A DNA stretch of 64,000 bases from positions 5,881 to 69,880 of the forward strand of contig JBKQVW010000099.1 in assembly GCA_052142955.1 (NCBI GenBank). The letters are read 5' to 3'. This DNA is from Acidobacteriaceae bacterium (GTDB lineage Bacteria; Acidobacteriota; Terriglobia; Terriglobales; Acidobacteriaceae). Under the pieces are notes generated by a model. It saw only the letters and a list, made by a program, of their open reading frames with translations, did no database searches and was not told the origin of the DNA. Of this stretch, positions 45,880-54,805 are shown one piece after another. The first letter of the stretch is position 1. Each line of letters opens with the position of its first letter. The translations under genes and the position numbers were made by a program.

Positions 45880-47610
45880 TTATCTGTGGATCGCAACGCG
45901 TTCCTCAGGAGCATTTTTGCGGGAGTTACGGTAAAAAATTACTCCGATTCCGATAAGAACAAGTCCAACCAGCGGATCGACAATCCGAGCAGTTGTGGAT
46001 TTGGAAATCAACCCGGCCAAGGTGATCAACAATCCTACCCCACCCGTAGATATTGCGAGCACGGGCTCCGCAGGGTTCGCGGCTTTCATTGGAATTTCGT
46101 TGGCCAGCACGGGCGCATCCAAGGCGCGAAAGAACTCATCGACCCGCGTGGATTCGGCAGATGTGCGCGGGAAGAGGCGAGTTCCCAACACCATACCGAG
46201 AACAGTTGCGAATGTGTTGGCCAGTAGCGATACCCCTTCAAAGTTGTACGTCGATCCAAACACTGTGTCCGCTGCGGGCCACCATGTTTTCATGGCGAGC
46301 ATGATGCTGCCGGTAGCCAATCCACAAAGAAAACCGGCGAATGCGCCCTGCCAATTCAGTTTTCGCACTGTCAGGCCCGCGAGTAATGGCAGCAGCGTAG
46401 GCGCCATGAATAATCCCAGAGCCGTCACCATCAGGTTAAACAGCGATTCCTGATGCTCAAAGGCAATCCACAAGCTGAAGGCAGTTGTTAGAGCGCCGAG
46501 GCCAAAGGTTATCCAGCGCCCTATAGAGACCAGGCGGCGTTCCGGTGCGGAAGGGCGAATCAGGCGACGGCAGATGTCCTGTGTGAGCACGCTTGCAATT
46601 GCATTGAAATCGCCACTGACCGCTGCCATAGTGGCCGAGAACATGGCCGCCATGATGATGCCGACCATGCCCGTCGGAAGCAGGCGCATGACAAGCAATA
46701 CATATGTGTCGGCGGTGCGATGCTGCGCAATCAGGTTTGGAAGAATGTGGCGCCCGATGACAGCCGGCAGAATCATCAGTGGGGCGCCCACAATGTTTAG
46801 AGCTGCGGAACAGTAGGCCGCTTTGGATGCCTCGTGTTCATCGCGTACCGAATAATATTTTTGCGCCAGGGCCCAGGTCGAGTTGTAACTCACGATCATC
46901 ACCGTCGCGAAACCGGCAATATATATCCAACCATACGGTCCGTTCACCGGCGCCAGAAATCCCTTGGGCAAACCGGAGAATGCAGGTCTAAGTCCTCCAG
47001 CAGCCACAATAGCCAATGGCAACATCAAAAGAATGGCAAGCGCTTTCATCAGGAATTGAACATAGTCAGTGACCACCAGGGCCCAGACTCCGCCGAAAAA
47101 CGTGTAGGCCACCATGACAACACCGCAGATGATGATCGACCATGGCAAACTGAGGCCCGATGCAATCGAGACGAACAACCCCGTCGCAAAGATTTTCAGC
47201 GCGTCGTCGAAGATCTTCATAGGTATGCCGGCCCAGGCAAATAATTGCTGGATGAAGGTATTGAAGCGCGTCTCCAGAAACTGCACTGGGGTAATCACCC
47301 GAGCGCGCCGCCAGCGCTTTGCGAAAAACAATCCTCCGGCAATACAGCCAGGAACGGCAACCCAAAACAACGTCACGGCAACCCACCCGTACATATAACC
47401 GATTTGTGCGTATGCGATGAATGAGAACGCACTGAAGCTCGACATGTAGTGGGAAATACCGGCCATCCACCACGGAATCTGGTTGCCTCCGGCAAAGTAA
47501 TCCTTCAGGGTGGCTAAACGATTTCGAAACCAGATCCCGATCCAGAGAACGAGCACAAAATACCCGATGACGACCAGGTAATCGGACGCGGTGAGACGCA
47601 GATGCGTCAT
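45880..47610 (-). CDS. Sodium:solute symporter (SSS) family transporter
   Basis: 576 aa with 13-14 TM. N-terminal DYFAGGNQIPWWMAGIS is typical of SSS proteins. Last gene of the nine-gene operon. Confidence 0.85.
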   Translation of the reverse strand: MTHLRLTASDYLVVIGYFVLVLWIGIWFRNRLATLKDYFAGGNQIPWWMAGISHYMSSFSAFSFIAYAQIGYMYGWVAVTLFWVAVPGCIAGGLFFAKRWRRARVITPVQFLETRFNTFIQQLFAWAGIPMKIFDDALKIFATGLFVSIASGLSLPWSIIICGVVMVAYTFFGGVWALVVTDYVQFLMKALAILLMLPLAIVAAGGLRPAFSGLPKGFLAPVNGPYGWIYIAGFATVMIVSYNSTWALAQKYYSVRDEHEASKAAYCSAALNIVGAPLMILPAVIGRHILPNLIAQHRTADTYVLLVMRLLPTGMVGIIMAAMFSATMAAVSGDFNAIASVLTQDICRRLIRPSAPERRLVSIGRWITFGLGALTTAFSLWIAFEHQESLFNLMVTALGLFMAPTLLPLLAGLTVRKLNWQGAFAGFLCGLATGSIMLAMKTWWPAADTVFGSTYNFEGVSLLANTFATVLGMVLGTRLFPRTSAESTRVDEFFRALDAPVLANEIPMKAANPAEPVLAISTGGVGLLITLAGLISKSTTARIVDPLVGLVLIGIGVIFYRNSRKNAPEERVAIHR

Positions 47611-47613
47611 CTG

Positions 47614-48759
47614 TCAGAAGCTCCAATGACGGAGCGCATAATGCTCCAGTTTTACGGTGTCGACAGAAAAGCCCAACCCAGCTCCAGACGGTGCGATCAA
47701 TTGGCCTGCCTGCAGCATTAGCTCAGGTTTCAGAATGTCGTCGCGATACCACCGCGTACTGGGTTCGACGTCTGTGGGATAGGCGCATCCCGGATGGGCG
47801 GCAAGCATCACTGCCTGGGCGCTTCCGATCCCCAGCTCCGGCATGGTACCCATCCAGAGGGCAATATTGTTCTGTATACAGCATTCAGCAATTCGAAGAG
47901 CTTCCAGGTATCCGCCAACCCGCTGCAATTTGATATTCACGATCCGGCAGGCATCCAGCTTTGCGGATCGCCGGACATCGTCGACTGTCTCGATACTCTC
48001 GTCAAAGCATACCGGTGTGCGCACAGCATGCTGCAGCACGGCAGAGCCCTCAAAATCTGATCGCGCGAAAGGCTGCTCGAACATCGTCAGTTGATGGGTG
48101 TCTAATTCGCGGAACAGGTCGAGGTCATCCAGCGAATAGTCCGCGTTGGCGTCGACAAAGAGCGGAATATTTCCGTACCAGTCGCGGACTGCCCGAACTA
48201 ACCGCGCGTCATGGCCGTGCTTGATTTTGATCTTTAAACGAGGGTAATCGTAGACCCGGTAGCGTTCGAGGGCGGAATGCAATGCATCGTCGGTGTCGTA
48301 GAGTCCTACCGCCAAGCCAGATGGCACGGGGCGGTCCTGGATGCCAAATAGGTCTCGCAGCGATTGACCACCCTGCCTGGCCAGTAGCTCCCAGGCTGCG
48401 GTTTCAACGGCTACGCGGACGAAACGGCTGGAAGTTAGTTCGGCAAGCGCCGCTTCCAGCGCCAGCATGGTTGGGTAGGCTTGACCAATGATGTTTGGCA
48501 AAATGTGATCGATCAATTCTCTTTCACATGTGTCGGGCGTTTCGGCGGAGTAGAACGGGCCCGGCATCGAGGAAGACTCACCCCAACCGAAGTCGCGCCC
48601 ATCGCTGATACGAATCAGGATCGCGTCCTTGCTGGAGACTTCGCCTGAGCTGATACGGAAAGGCTCTAGCATGGGGATTGAAACACGCCAGGCCTGAGCG
48701 CTGCGAAGCGTGACAGGACCAAACTCGCCTAACTCCTTAGCGCTGCGACAAGGATTCAT
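47614..48759 (-). CDS. Enolase-superfamily enzyme, muconate-lactonizing (MLE) subgroup
   Basis: Capping-domain PFRISSGE. KxK (LKIKIK), metal ligands in VDANADYS / FEQP / CFDESI, and the second catalytic Lys in IVNIKLQRVGG. ATG 48759 was chosen because the longer ORF overlaps the upstream gene. Confidence 0.8.
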   Translation of the reverse strand: MNPCRSAKELGEFGPVTLRSAQAWRVSIPMLEPFRISSGEVSSKDAILIRISDGRDFGWGESSSMPGPFYSAETPDTCERELIDHILPNIIGQAYPTMLALEAALAELTSSRFVRVAVETAAWELLARQGGQSLRDLFGIQDRPVPSGLAVGLYDTDDALHSALERYRVYDYPRLKIKIKHGHDARLVRAVRDWYGNIPLFVDANADYSLDDLDLFRELDTHQLTMFEQPFARSDFEGSAVLQHAVRTPVCFDESIETVDDVRRSAKLDACRIVNIKLQRVGGYLEALRIAECCIQNNIALWMGTMPELGIGSAQAVMLAAHPGCAYPTDVEPSTRWYRDDILKPELMLQAGQLIAPSGAGLGFSVDTVKLEHYALRHWSF

Positions 48760-48790
48760 ACGTCTTCCTGGTTCAACTGTGCACACATGA

Positions 48791-50050
48791 TCAGTGCCGC
48801 GCACCGACCGAAGCGAAATGGGTCGCCACTTTGCGAATGGCCTTGCCAATCTGTTCCACCTGCTCCGCCGTATAGTTTTCATTCCAGTGAATTGCGATGA
48901 TGCGAGAGAGTGCCGTTTCGGCATTTGGACATAAGCCGTTCTCAAACGACTGGTGGGGATAGGCTGAGAATGGATAGCCGCTTACGCCGTAGGTGTTGGG
49001 ACCAGTGAAAACCGGAGACCGATAGAGTGGGTCCACGATATAGCGTACCCAGGCGGGCACACCTTCCGCCACAAGCGCATCGCCGAACTCCTGCGTGCCG
49101 ACCCCCGCCGAATCATTGACTCGCAGCATATAGAGCCAATACGCAGGATTGATGTCGGGCGGCGTATGCGGTGCGGACACGCCCTCGATATCGCCAATTA
49201 ACCGGGTTAGCTGCACGGCTCTCGCCCGTCGGCGCTCCACAGTCGCTTGCACCTTTTTCAATTGCGCCCAGGCTACCGCTCCAGCCAGTTCGCTCATTCG
49301 ATAATTCTGCGATAGGAAGAGAAATCGACAGGAACCCAGTGCGCCGCTTTCCCTTGGCCATGCCTTGTCCGCAAATAGCTGTGCGCGACGCGTGTAGGCT
49401 TCGTTGGAGGCAACCATCACGCCGCCTTCGCCACATGTCATGTGCTTGCTCTGTTGCAGGCTGAAGCAAGCCAGGTCTCCGAATGTGCCGACCAGCTTGC
49501 CGCTGTATTCGGCCCAATAGGCCTGGGCGCAATCTTCGATCAGCGCAATGCCGTGTCGCCGGCAGATTTCCTGCAGCTCATCCATCGGGCATGGCATGCC
49601 GGCAAGGTGTACCGCGATCACGGCCCGTGTGCGGGGAGTAATTTGCTTTTCTACCTCGACGGGATCAAGAACCAGGGTGAGCGGATTGACATCGGCAAAT
49701 ACTGGAATGGCATTCTGCCAAAGCACCGGAAGAATCGATCCGATGTCTGTAATGGGCGGAACAATAATTTCATCGCCAGGTTCCAGATCAAGAGCAGCCA
49801 CGGCAAGGTGGACGCATGCGGTCCCGCTGGAACAGGCCACGGCGTGGGATACACCGAGAGCTTCGGCAAAGTCCAGCTCCAGCCCTTTGACCATGGTTCC
49901 GCCGTTCCGGCTAAGACAACCGGAGCGGAGCGCTTCGATCACGAGTGCTTCTTCCTCCGCTCCAAATGTTCGTCCGGCAGCGGATAGAAAATTCGGCAGA
50001 CTTTCAAAAACAGCCTTGGGTCCGCCTTCAATCGCAAGCTGGTTGTTCAT
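48791..50050 (-). CDS. DegT/DnrJ/EryC1-family PLP aminotransferase
   Basis: 419 aa. PLP-Lys context FSLQQSKHMTCGEGG. 4-nt overlap with the upstream oxidoreductase stop. Confidence 0.85.
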   Translation of the reverse strand: MNNQLAIEGGPKAVFESLPNFLSAAGRTFGAEEEALVIEALRSGCLSRNGGTMVKGLELDFAEALGVSHAVACSSGTACVHLAVAALDLEPGDEIIVPPITDIGSILPVLWQNAIPVFADVNPLTLVLDPVEVEKQITPRTRAVIAVHLAGMPCPMDELQEICRRHGIALIEDCAQAYWAEYSGKLVGTFGDLACFSLQQSKHMTCGEGGVMVASNEAYTRRAQLFADKAWPRESGALGSCRFLFLSQNYRMSELAGAVAWAQLKKVQATVERRRARAVQLTRLIGDIEGVSAPHTPPDINPAYWLYMLRVNDSAGVGTQEFGDALVAEGVPAWVRYIVDPLYRSPVFTGPNTYGVSGYPFSAYPHQSFENGLCPNAETALSRIIAIHWNENYTAEQVEQIGKAIRKVATHFASVGARH

Positions 50051-51087
50051 TGGGCCGCACCTACCTCGCGAAGCTGAATGGTGCGGCCCTCGCTGGCAGA
50101 CCGGTACGCGGCCACGGCCACTTCCACGGCAGCACGGCCATCCTCTCCTGTGACAGAGGGGGTGCGATCTTCGAGAATACTATCGATGAATTCTTGGTCC
50201 TGCATTTGATATGCCTTCATTCTGATGGGTGAGAGAGCGCCCTCGCCGGCCCAGTCAATTGGTTCCTGCTTTGCGACCACAGTCCAGCGGTTTTCCCTGC
50301 CGAGACGCAGTTCGCCGTACGCATCGAGTTCCAGGTTTCCGGTTTCGCCGGCAATCAGAGAACCCGAAGCGGTGTGAGGGAATGCCGGGGCAGCAATGTC
50401 CCAGGAAGCCCACAGTGTCACCATGGCGCCATTGGTGAGGGAAAGCAAAGCCATCGTCGAGACTTCATTTCCGTTTTTCGGATCGCGCTGCACGTGGGCA
50501 CTGACGGATGCAATCTCCGCACCGGTGATCCAGCGGACGCGGTCGATGTTATGGACGGCATGACCCAGGAAAATTCCATAATTTTCCGGCAGCGATTGCC
50601 ATGGCGGAAGTGAGCCCAAGCCTCCGCTGGCCAGAATCTGTTCCTGGATCATACGAATTTTTCCAATCGCACCTTCACGGACAAGTCGTCGCGCTTCCAT
50701 ATTGCAGATGCGAAAACGCTGTCCGAACATGATCATCACTTTGACGTGGCTGGCACGGGAAGCTTCGAGAATTCGATCGCAGTCTTCTACTGAGGTTGCC
50801 ATCGGCTTGTCGATCAGGATGTGCTTGCCGGCGCGTGCTGCGGCCACTGCCTCGCGCGCATGCGCTGATTGAGGAGTGCTAATCAAAACCGCGTCGATAT
50901 CGCTTCGCTGCAGCAGCGCATCCACGGAGGATTCGCTTTCGACGCCATACTCCGCGGCCAGCGCCGGTGCTCGACTGCCCCCGGCGATCGCGATCAACTT
51001 TGCCCGGCGCAGATATCGAGTGACGGTCTCAGCATTCGTTTTCCCCATAAACCCTGAGCCGATGATTCCAATGCGCACAGAATTCAT
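50047..51087 (-). CDS. Gfo/Idh/MocA-family NAD(P) oxidoreductase
   Basis: N-terminal Rossmann RIGIIGSGFMGK plus a C-terminal alpha/beta domain. Confidence 0.85.
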   Translation of the reverse strand: MNSVRIGIIGSGFMGKTNAETVTRYLRRAKLIAIAGGSRAPALAAEYGVESESSVDALLQRSDIDAVLISTPQSAHAREAVAAARAGKHILIDKPMATSVEDCDRILEASRASHVKVMIMFGQRFRICNMEARRLVREGAIGKIRMIQEQILASGGLGSLPPWQSLPENYGIFLGHAVHNIDRVRWITGAEIASVSAHVQRDPKNGNEVSTMALLSLTNGAMVTLWASWDIAAPAFPHTASGSLIAGETGNLELDAYGELRLGRENRWTVVAKQEPIDWAGEGALSPIRMKAYQMQDQEFIDSILEDRTPSVTGEDGRAAVEVAVAAYRSASEGRTIQLREVGAAQ

Positions 51088-51941
51088 CTTGCCGGTTCCT
51101 CCGCGATGAAGGTATCCAGAGCGCCCAGTTCTTCAATTTCGGCCCGCAGATGATCGCCCGCGCGCAGAGCACGCCCGCGCGCGATACCAACGCCCTCCGG
51201 AGTTCCCGTCGCAATCACGTCTCCCGGCTCAAGCGTTAAAACCGATGAGATCGCGGCGATTGTTTCGGGAATTCGAAAGATCATTGCGCTGGTATTGGAA
51301 TCCTGCATCCATTCGCCATTCAGAGATAAACGAATTGGTAGATTGTGTGGATCGCTGATTTCATCGGCAGTGACAATCTCTGGCCCAAGCGGAGCGGACC
51401 CATCGAACCACTTGCCTATCAGCCAATCGAAGAATGGATCAAATTCGCGCTTGTCGCGATTCTCAATTTGCGTATTGAACTTGCGCTCGCTGAGATCGTT
51501 GACAATCGTGTACCCGAAGACATACGACATGGCTTCCGAGATCGACACATCTTTTCCGCGCCTGCCGATAATGACAGCGAGTTCCGCTTCCCAGTCAAAG
51601 AAGACATTGTTGGGGCGCAGGGCAACCATACCGCCAGGCTCAAGGATCGAGGTATTCGGCTTCCAGAAGATTTGCGGCGTCCATACCCCCTTGTTTGGAC
51701 CGGAGAAACCGGACTCGGCAACGTGTTTGCGGTAATTGCCGGCAAGGGCAAGGAGTTTTGGTACGGAGCGAATCGGCGCGTCCAAACGCAGACCTGCAGC
51801 CGGCAATATAGGAGCGGCAGCAATCGTTTCGGACGAAATCGGAGCCAAGGGATTGCGCACACCGAGATCGCGGACCATCGTGTCCTGTCGTACTCCCAGG
51901 TGAACGGAACCGTCTTCGGCGAAGAAGCGCAGCAGCCGCAT
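51084..51941 (-). CDS. Fumarylacetoacetate hydrolase (FAH)-family protein
   Basis: 285 aa. FAH C-terminal domain pattern (...WEAELAVIIG..., ...GDVIATGTPEGVG...). Confidence 0.85.
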   Translation of the reverse strand: MRLLRFFAEDGSVHLGVRQDTMVRDLGVRNPLAPISSETIAAAPILPAAGLRLDAPIRSVPKLLALAGNYRKHVAESGFSGPNKGVWTPQIFWKPNTSILEPGGMVALRPNNVFFDWEAELAVIIGRRGKDVSISEAMSYVFGYTIVNDLSERKFNTQIENRDKREFDPFFDWLIGKWFDGSAPLGPEIVTADEISDPHNLPIRLSLNGEWMQDSNTSAMIFRIPETIAAISSVLTLEPGDVIATGTPEGVGIARGRALRAGDHLRAEIEELGALDTFIAEEPAR

Positions 51942-51943
51942 GA

Positions 51944-52711
51944 CTATGTTTCTCCCAGCAAACGCTGCAGATTCGTGCCCAGAATGGCTTCGCGATCAGA
52001 ATCGCAGATGCGGGCGCGCAGAATTTTACTGAGCGCTGCTGCCCCGTGCTGCACGGGGGCGCCGCTGCCGAACAGAATCTGTTGCGCCCCACACTGCTGG
52101 ACAATCTTTGCGATGGCCGCATAGCCCATCACACAGGAGGTTTCCAAATGCACGCCGGGGTACCTGCGCATCAAATAAATAGCGAGTTGTAATTCATAAA
52201 GATAGTTGATCCCGGCGAGGATCCAGTTCACGCGGGGATGACGTTCCACCAGAGTTTCCATTACGGCAAGGTCTAGCGAAGGCATTCCCCAGTTCATAAT
52301 GATTCGCAATGGCAGCAATACCGGCCAGCCGCGTTGCAAAGCATTTTCCAGAATAGAGTCTACGAAGGCTGCATATAGCGGATGATAACTGTGATGTTGC
52401 GGGTACAGCCGCACACCTCGAAAGCCCCGGGCCATGTAATCCGTGAAATCATACGGGCCCTGCTGCAGCCGATGGCTGAGTTCGAGCGTTCCCAGGCAGG
52501 CAAATGGAGTAAAGCGTGTCGGATCCTGACGGGCGGCGGCTTCCGTCTCAATATTTCCGTCTTCCCAATGGACGAAAACTGAGCGAGTGGAGCAAATCGT
52601 CGCGCGGTCGATGCTCCAGCCGGCAAGCTCCCCTGCTACCTGAGCAGGATTCGACGACCGTATCGGCCAGTAAGGCCATTTGCCGATGAACGCATTGGCG
52701 TCATAGATCAT
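51944..52711 (-). CDS. Amidohydrolase-2 (TIM-barrel) family protein lacking the N-terminal HxH
   Basis: 255 aa from ATG 52711 (ATGA overlap with the upstream stop). Begins MIYDANAFIG, where the paralogue has DGHVHIG. Confidence 0.65.
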   Translation of the reverse strand: MIYDANAFIGKWPYWPIRSSNPAQVAGELAGWSIDRATICSTRSVFVHWEDGNIETEAAARQDPTRFTPFACLGTLELSHRLQQGPYDFTDYMARGFRGVRLYPQHHSYHPLYAAFVDSILENALQRGWPVLLPLRIIMNWGMPSLDLAVMETLVERHPRVNWILAGINYLYELQLAIYLMRRYPGVHLETSCVMGYAAIAKIVQQCGAQQILFGSGAPVQHGAAALSKILRARICDSDREAILGTNLQRLLGET

Positions 52712-53445
52712 TCTGAAATTCCCATCAGCCGCAGGATATTCCCCCCCATGATCAGCTTTCGATCCTCGTCTGAGAGTCTGGTTTGACGAATTTTTACAAG
52801 CTGCGGCCACGGATCGAGTAGCGGAATATCGGTGCCAAAAATAATTCTTTCGGCTCCCAGGGCGATCACACACGCCTCGACAAATCCCGTGTCGATGGTC
52901 GAGCTAGCGGTATCAAGATAGAGGTTAGGAAAGCGCTGCGCCACCATGATGGCGCGGTTCCAGTCACCGTGTGCATACGGCTGCGCTCCGGCATGAGCCA
53001 TGATGAAGTAGACCTCGGGCACAGCGCTGAGCAGGTATTCGCATTCCTGCGGCGTCGTGTGGGCCAGAATCGGCATCTTTAGGTCTGCGCAGACTTCCAG
53101 GATCGGAATCATAGCTGACTCCGCAATACTCATCTCCGGGGTGGAGTATATCTTCAACCCGCGCATGCCGTAGTCGTGGCGGCAACGCTTGATTTCGTCG
53201 ATCGTTTCCTGGCCGAAACGGGTCGAATGCAGGCTGGCGTAGCCAAGAACCCGATCTGGAAACTTTTTCATTTCCCGATACAGCAGGCGGTTGCCTTCGT
53301 GCATGTCGTAAAAGAGGGCGGTCAGATCCGTGCAGCAAATCTTGTCAAAGCCCACGGCGTCAGCAACGCGCACGAGCATTTCTCCATCGGCGTCGATTTG
53401 CAGGCGCGTGGACTTGCCAATGTGTACATGTCCGTCAACCGTCAA
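52708..53445 (-). CDS. Amidohydrolase-2 (TIM-barrel, metal-dependent) family protein
   Basis: The TTG 53445 start is preceded by GGAGAAGC and overlaps the upstream stop (TTGA). HxH motif in TVDGHVHIG. Confidence 0.7.
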   Translation of the reverse strand: MTVDGHVHIGKSTRLQIDADGEMLVRVADAVGFDKICCTDLTALFYDMHEGNRLLYREMKKFPDRVLGYASLHSTRFGQETIDEIKRCRHDYGMRGLKIYSTPEMSIAESAMIPILEVCADLKMPILAHTTPQECEYLLSAVPEVYFIMAHAGAQPYAHGDWNRAIMVAQRFPNLYLDTASSTIDTGFVEACVIALGAERIIFGTDIPLLDPWPQLVKIRQTRLSDEDRKLIMGGNILRLMGISE

Positions 53446-54719
53446 TATGCTTCTCCTTCCAGGCGTCCTGGTGTCGGAGTGCTGACGTGGCTGAAGTTGC
53501 TGATGACGACATTTTCTCGGGCCAATCGAGCCTGGTTGCTGAGATGCCCGAGCAGGTCGTGGATTCCGCTGCCGCTCCAGGCAGCAGCTACCCAATAGTG
53601 TCCGGTGACAGCCTGTCCGGGTTTCAGGGCGGTTCGAAAAATAACGACATCATTGTTGCCGTCCGGAGTTTTTATTGTTCCGGCGCTGGAAACTGTGTTC
53701 GGATCATAATACAGCGCAAGACCCAGTGGGCCGATTTGCAGATCTTGCTCGCCTTCGAGGACTAGCCGGCCTGGGGCCAAAGCTGTGCGCATTTTGGGCA
53801 AATAGCGTATACCCGCACCCACCTCATACGTATGAGTGAGTGAAACTGGCAGTATGCGGAACCTGCACTCGACTGCTTCGCCGCCGGCGGGGATGGAATA
53901 CAGAGCGTCAATGTTGACCACATCCTTTCCAATGGTCCAACGGCTCATGCTGGCTTCTACTACTGCGCGTACAGGACCGCTTGCAATCACACGGTATTTT
54001 GGGGCTTCAAGAGGAGCAGGTTTATGGGCATAATCCGGAACGTTGAGTGGGGGGCGAAAAACTTCATCGCCAGTTCGTATAAACATGCCACCCAGGCCGA
54101 GCGTGTCTCCGATATGCAGAATGTCCCTGCCCGCAGGAGAAGGCGAGTTTGCGCTGAAGAAACCGACCAGGCTGTTGTTGAGTCCGGGTCTGCCCTGGTT
54201 ACGCCCCTGTACATCGAGAAAAAAACCTCCGTACGTCCGATATCCAATCGCTTCCGATTCAAGCGCTACTGTGGAGCGGTTATATCCGAACGAATGGCTT
54301 GCATTCACCTGCTTGGGCCATGGGAGGTGGTTCCGTAATGTCATCGAATAGTACACATCGACGGTCTTCCTGGAATGTGGCTGCATCTTTACAGGGAAGA
54401 CAAATTCGTCCGGCTTGCCGTCTCCGTTCAGATCGTCGGCCTGCGATGGCAGGATGGTCATCGGAGAGCCTGGTATGACGGTAATGGCAAGCGTTCCTGG
54501 AAAACCCGGAGCCGTTCGCGCTGCTTCGTCCACGAGAATCGCGGCCAGGGTATCTACAGGTTGATCGGTCGGGTTCGACACCTGCAATTCCAGTCGATCA
54601 GAGAAATTTGGCAGGAGCCAGGGGGAGGGCTTCTGAGCAAATGACAGAGGAACCGCAACCGCGAAAAGTAGCGCAAAGAGGCTGATGGCCTTGTTTAACA
54701 TTAACAAATCCAGTGTCAT
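53442..54719 (-). CDS. Secreted protein of unknown function (first gene of the operon)
   Basis: 425 aa. Signal peptide ...AVPLSFAQ and a beta-rich body. Possibly DUF4861-like, but I cannot verify that. Confidence 0.55.
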   Translation of the reverse strand: MTLDLLMLNKAISLFALLFAVAVPLSFAQKPSPWLLPNFSDRLELQVSNPTDQPVDTLAAILVDEAARTAPGFPGTLAITVIPGSPMTILPSQADDLNGDGKPDEFVFPVKMQPHSRKTVDVYYSMTLRNHLPWPKQVNASHSFGYNRSTVALESEAIGYRTYGGFFLDVQGRNQGRPGLNNSLVGFFSANSPSPAGRDILHIGDTLGLGGMFIRTGDEVFRPPLNVPDYAHKPAPLEAPKYRVIASGPVRAVVEASMSRWTIGKDVVNIDALYSIPAGGEAVECRFRILPVSLTHTYEVGAGIRYLPKMRTALAPGRLVLEGEQDLQIGPLGLALYYDPNTVSSAGTIKTPDGNNDVVIFRTALKPGQAVTGHYWVAAAWSGSGIHDLLGHLSNQARLARENVVISNFSHVSTPTPGRLEGEAY

Positions 54720-54805
54720 GAAGCATAATAATATCCCACATCACGAATGGAAGTCCAGTAATGTAACTATGGAAAGAGCGAGGATTATGAAATGTATAAT
54801 TTCCT
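54720..54805. promoter_or_regulatory. AT-rich divergent promoter/operator region between the nine-gene operon and the IclR-type regulator
   Basis: An 86-bp intergenic spacer, markedly AT-rich relative to its flanks. The genes on either side are divergently oriented. Confidence 0.4.

Noticed and set aside
45520-46227. 235-aa plus-strand ORF overlapping the 3' end of the SSS transporter gene
   Set aside because: It is Arg/Ser/Cys-rich with no motifs. It overlaps a well-supported 14-TM transporter gene on the other strand.
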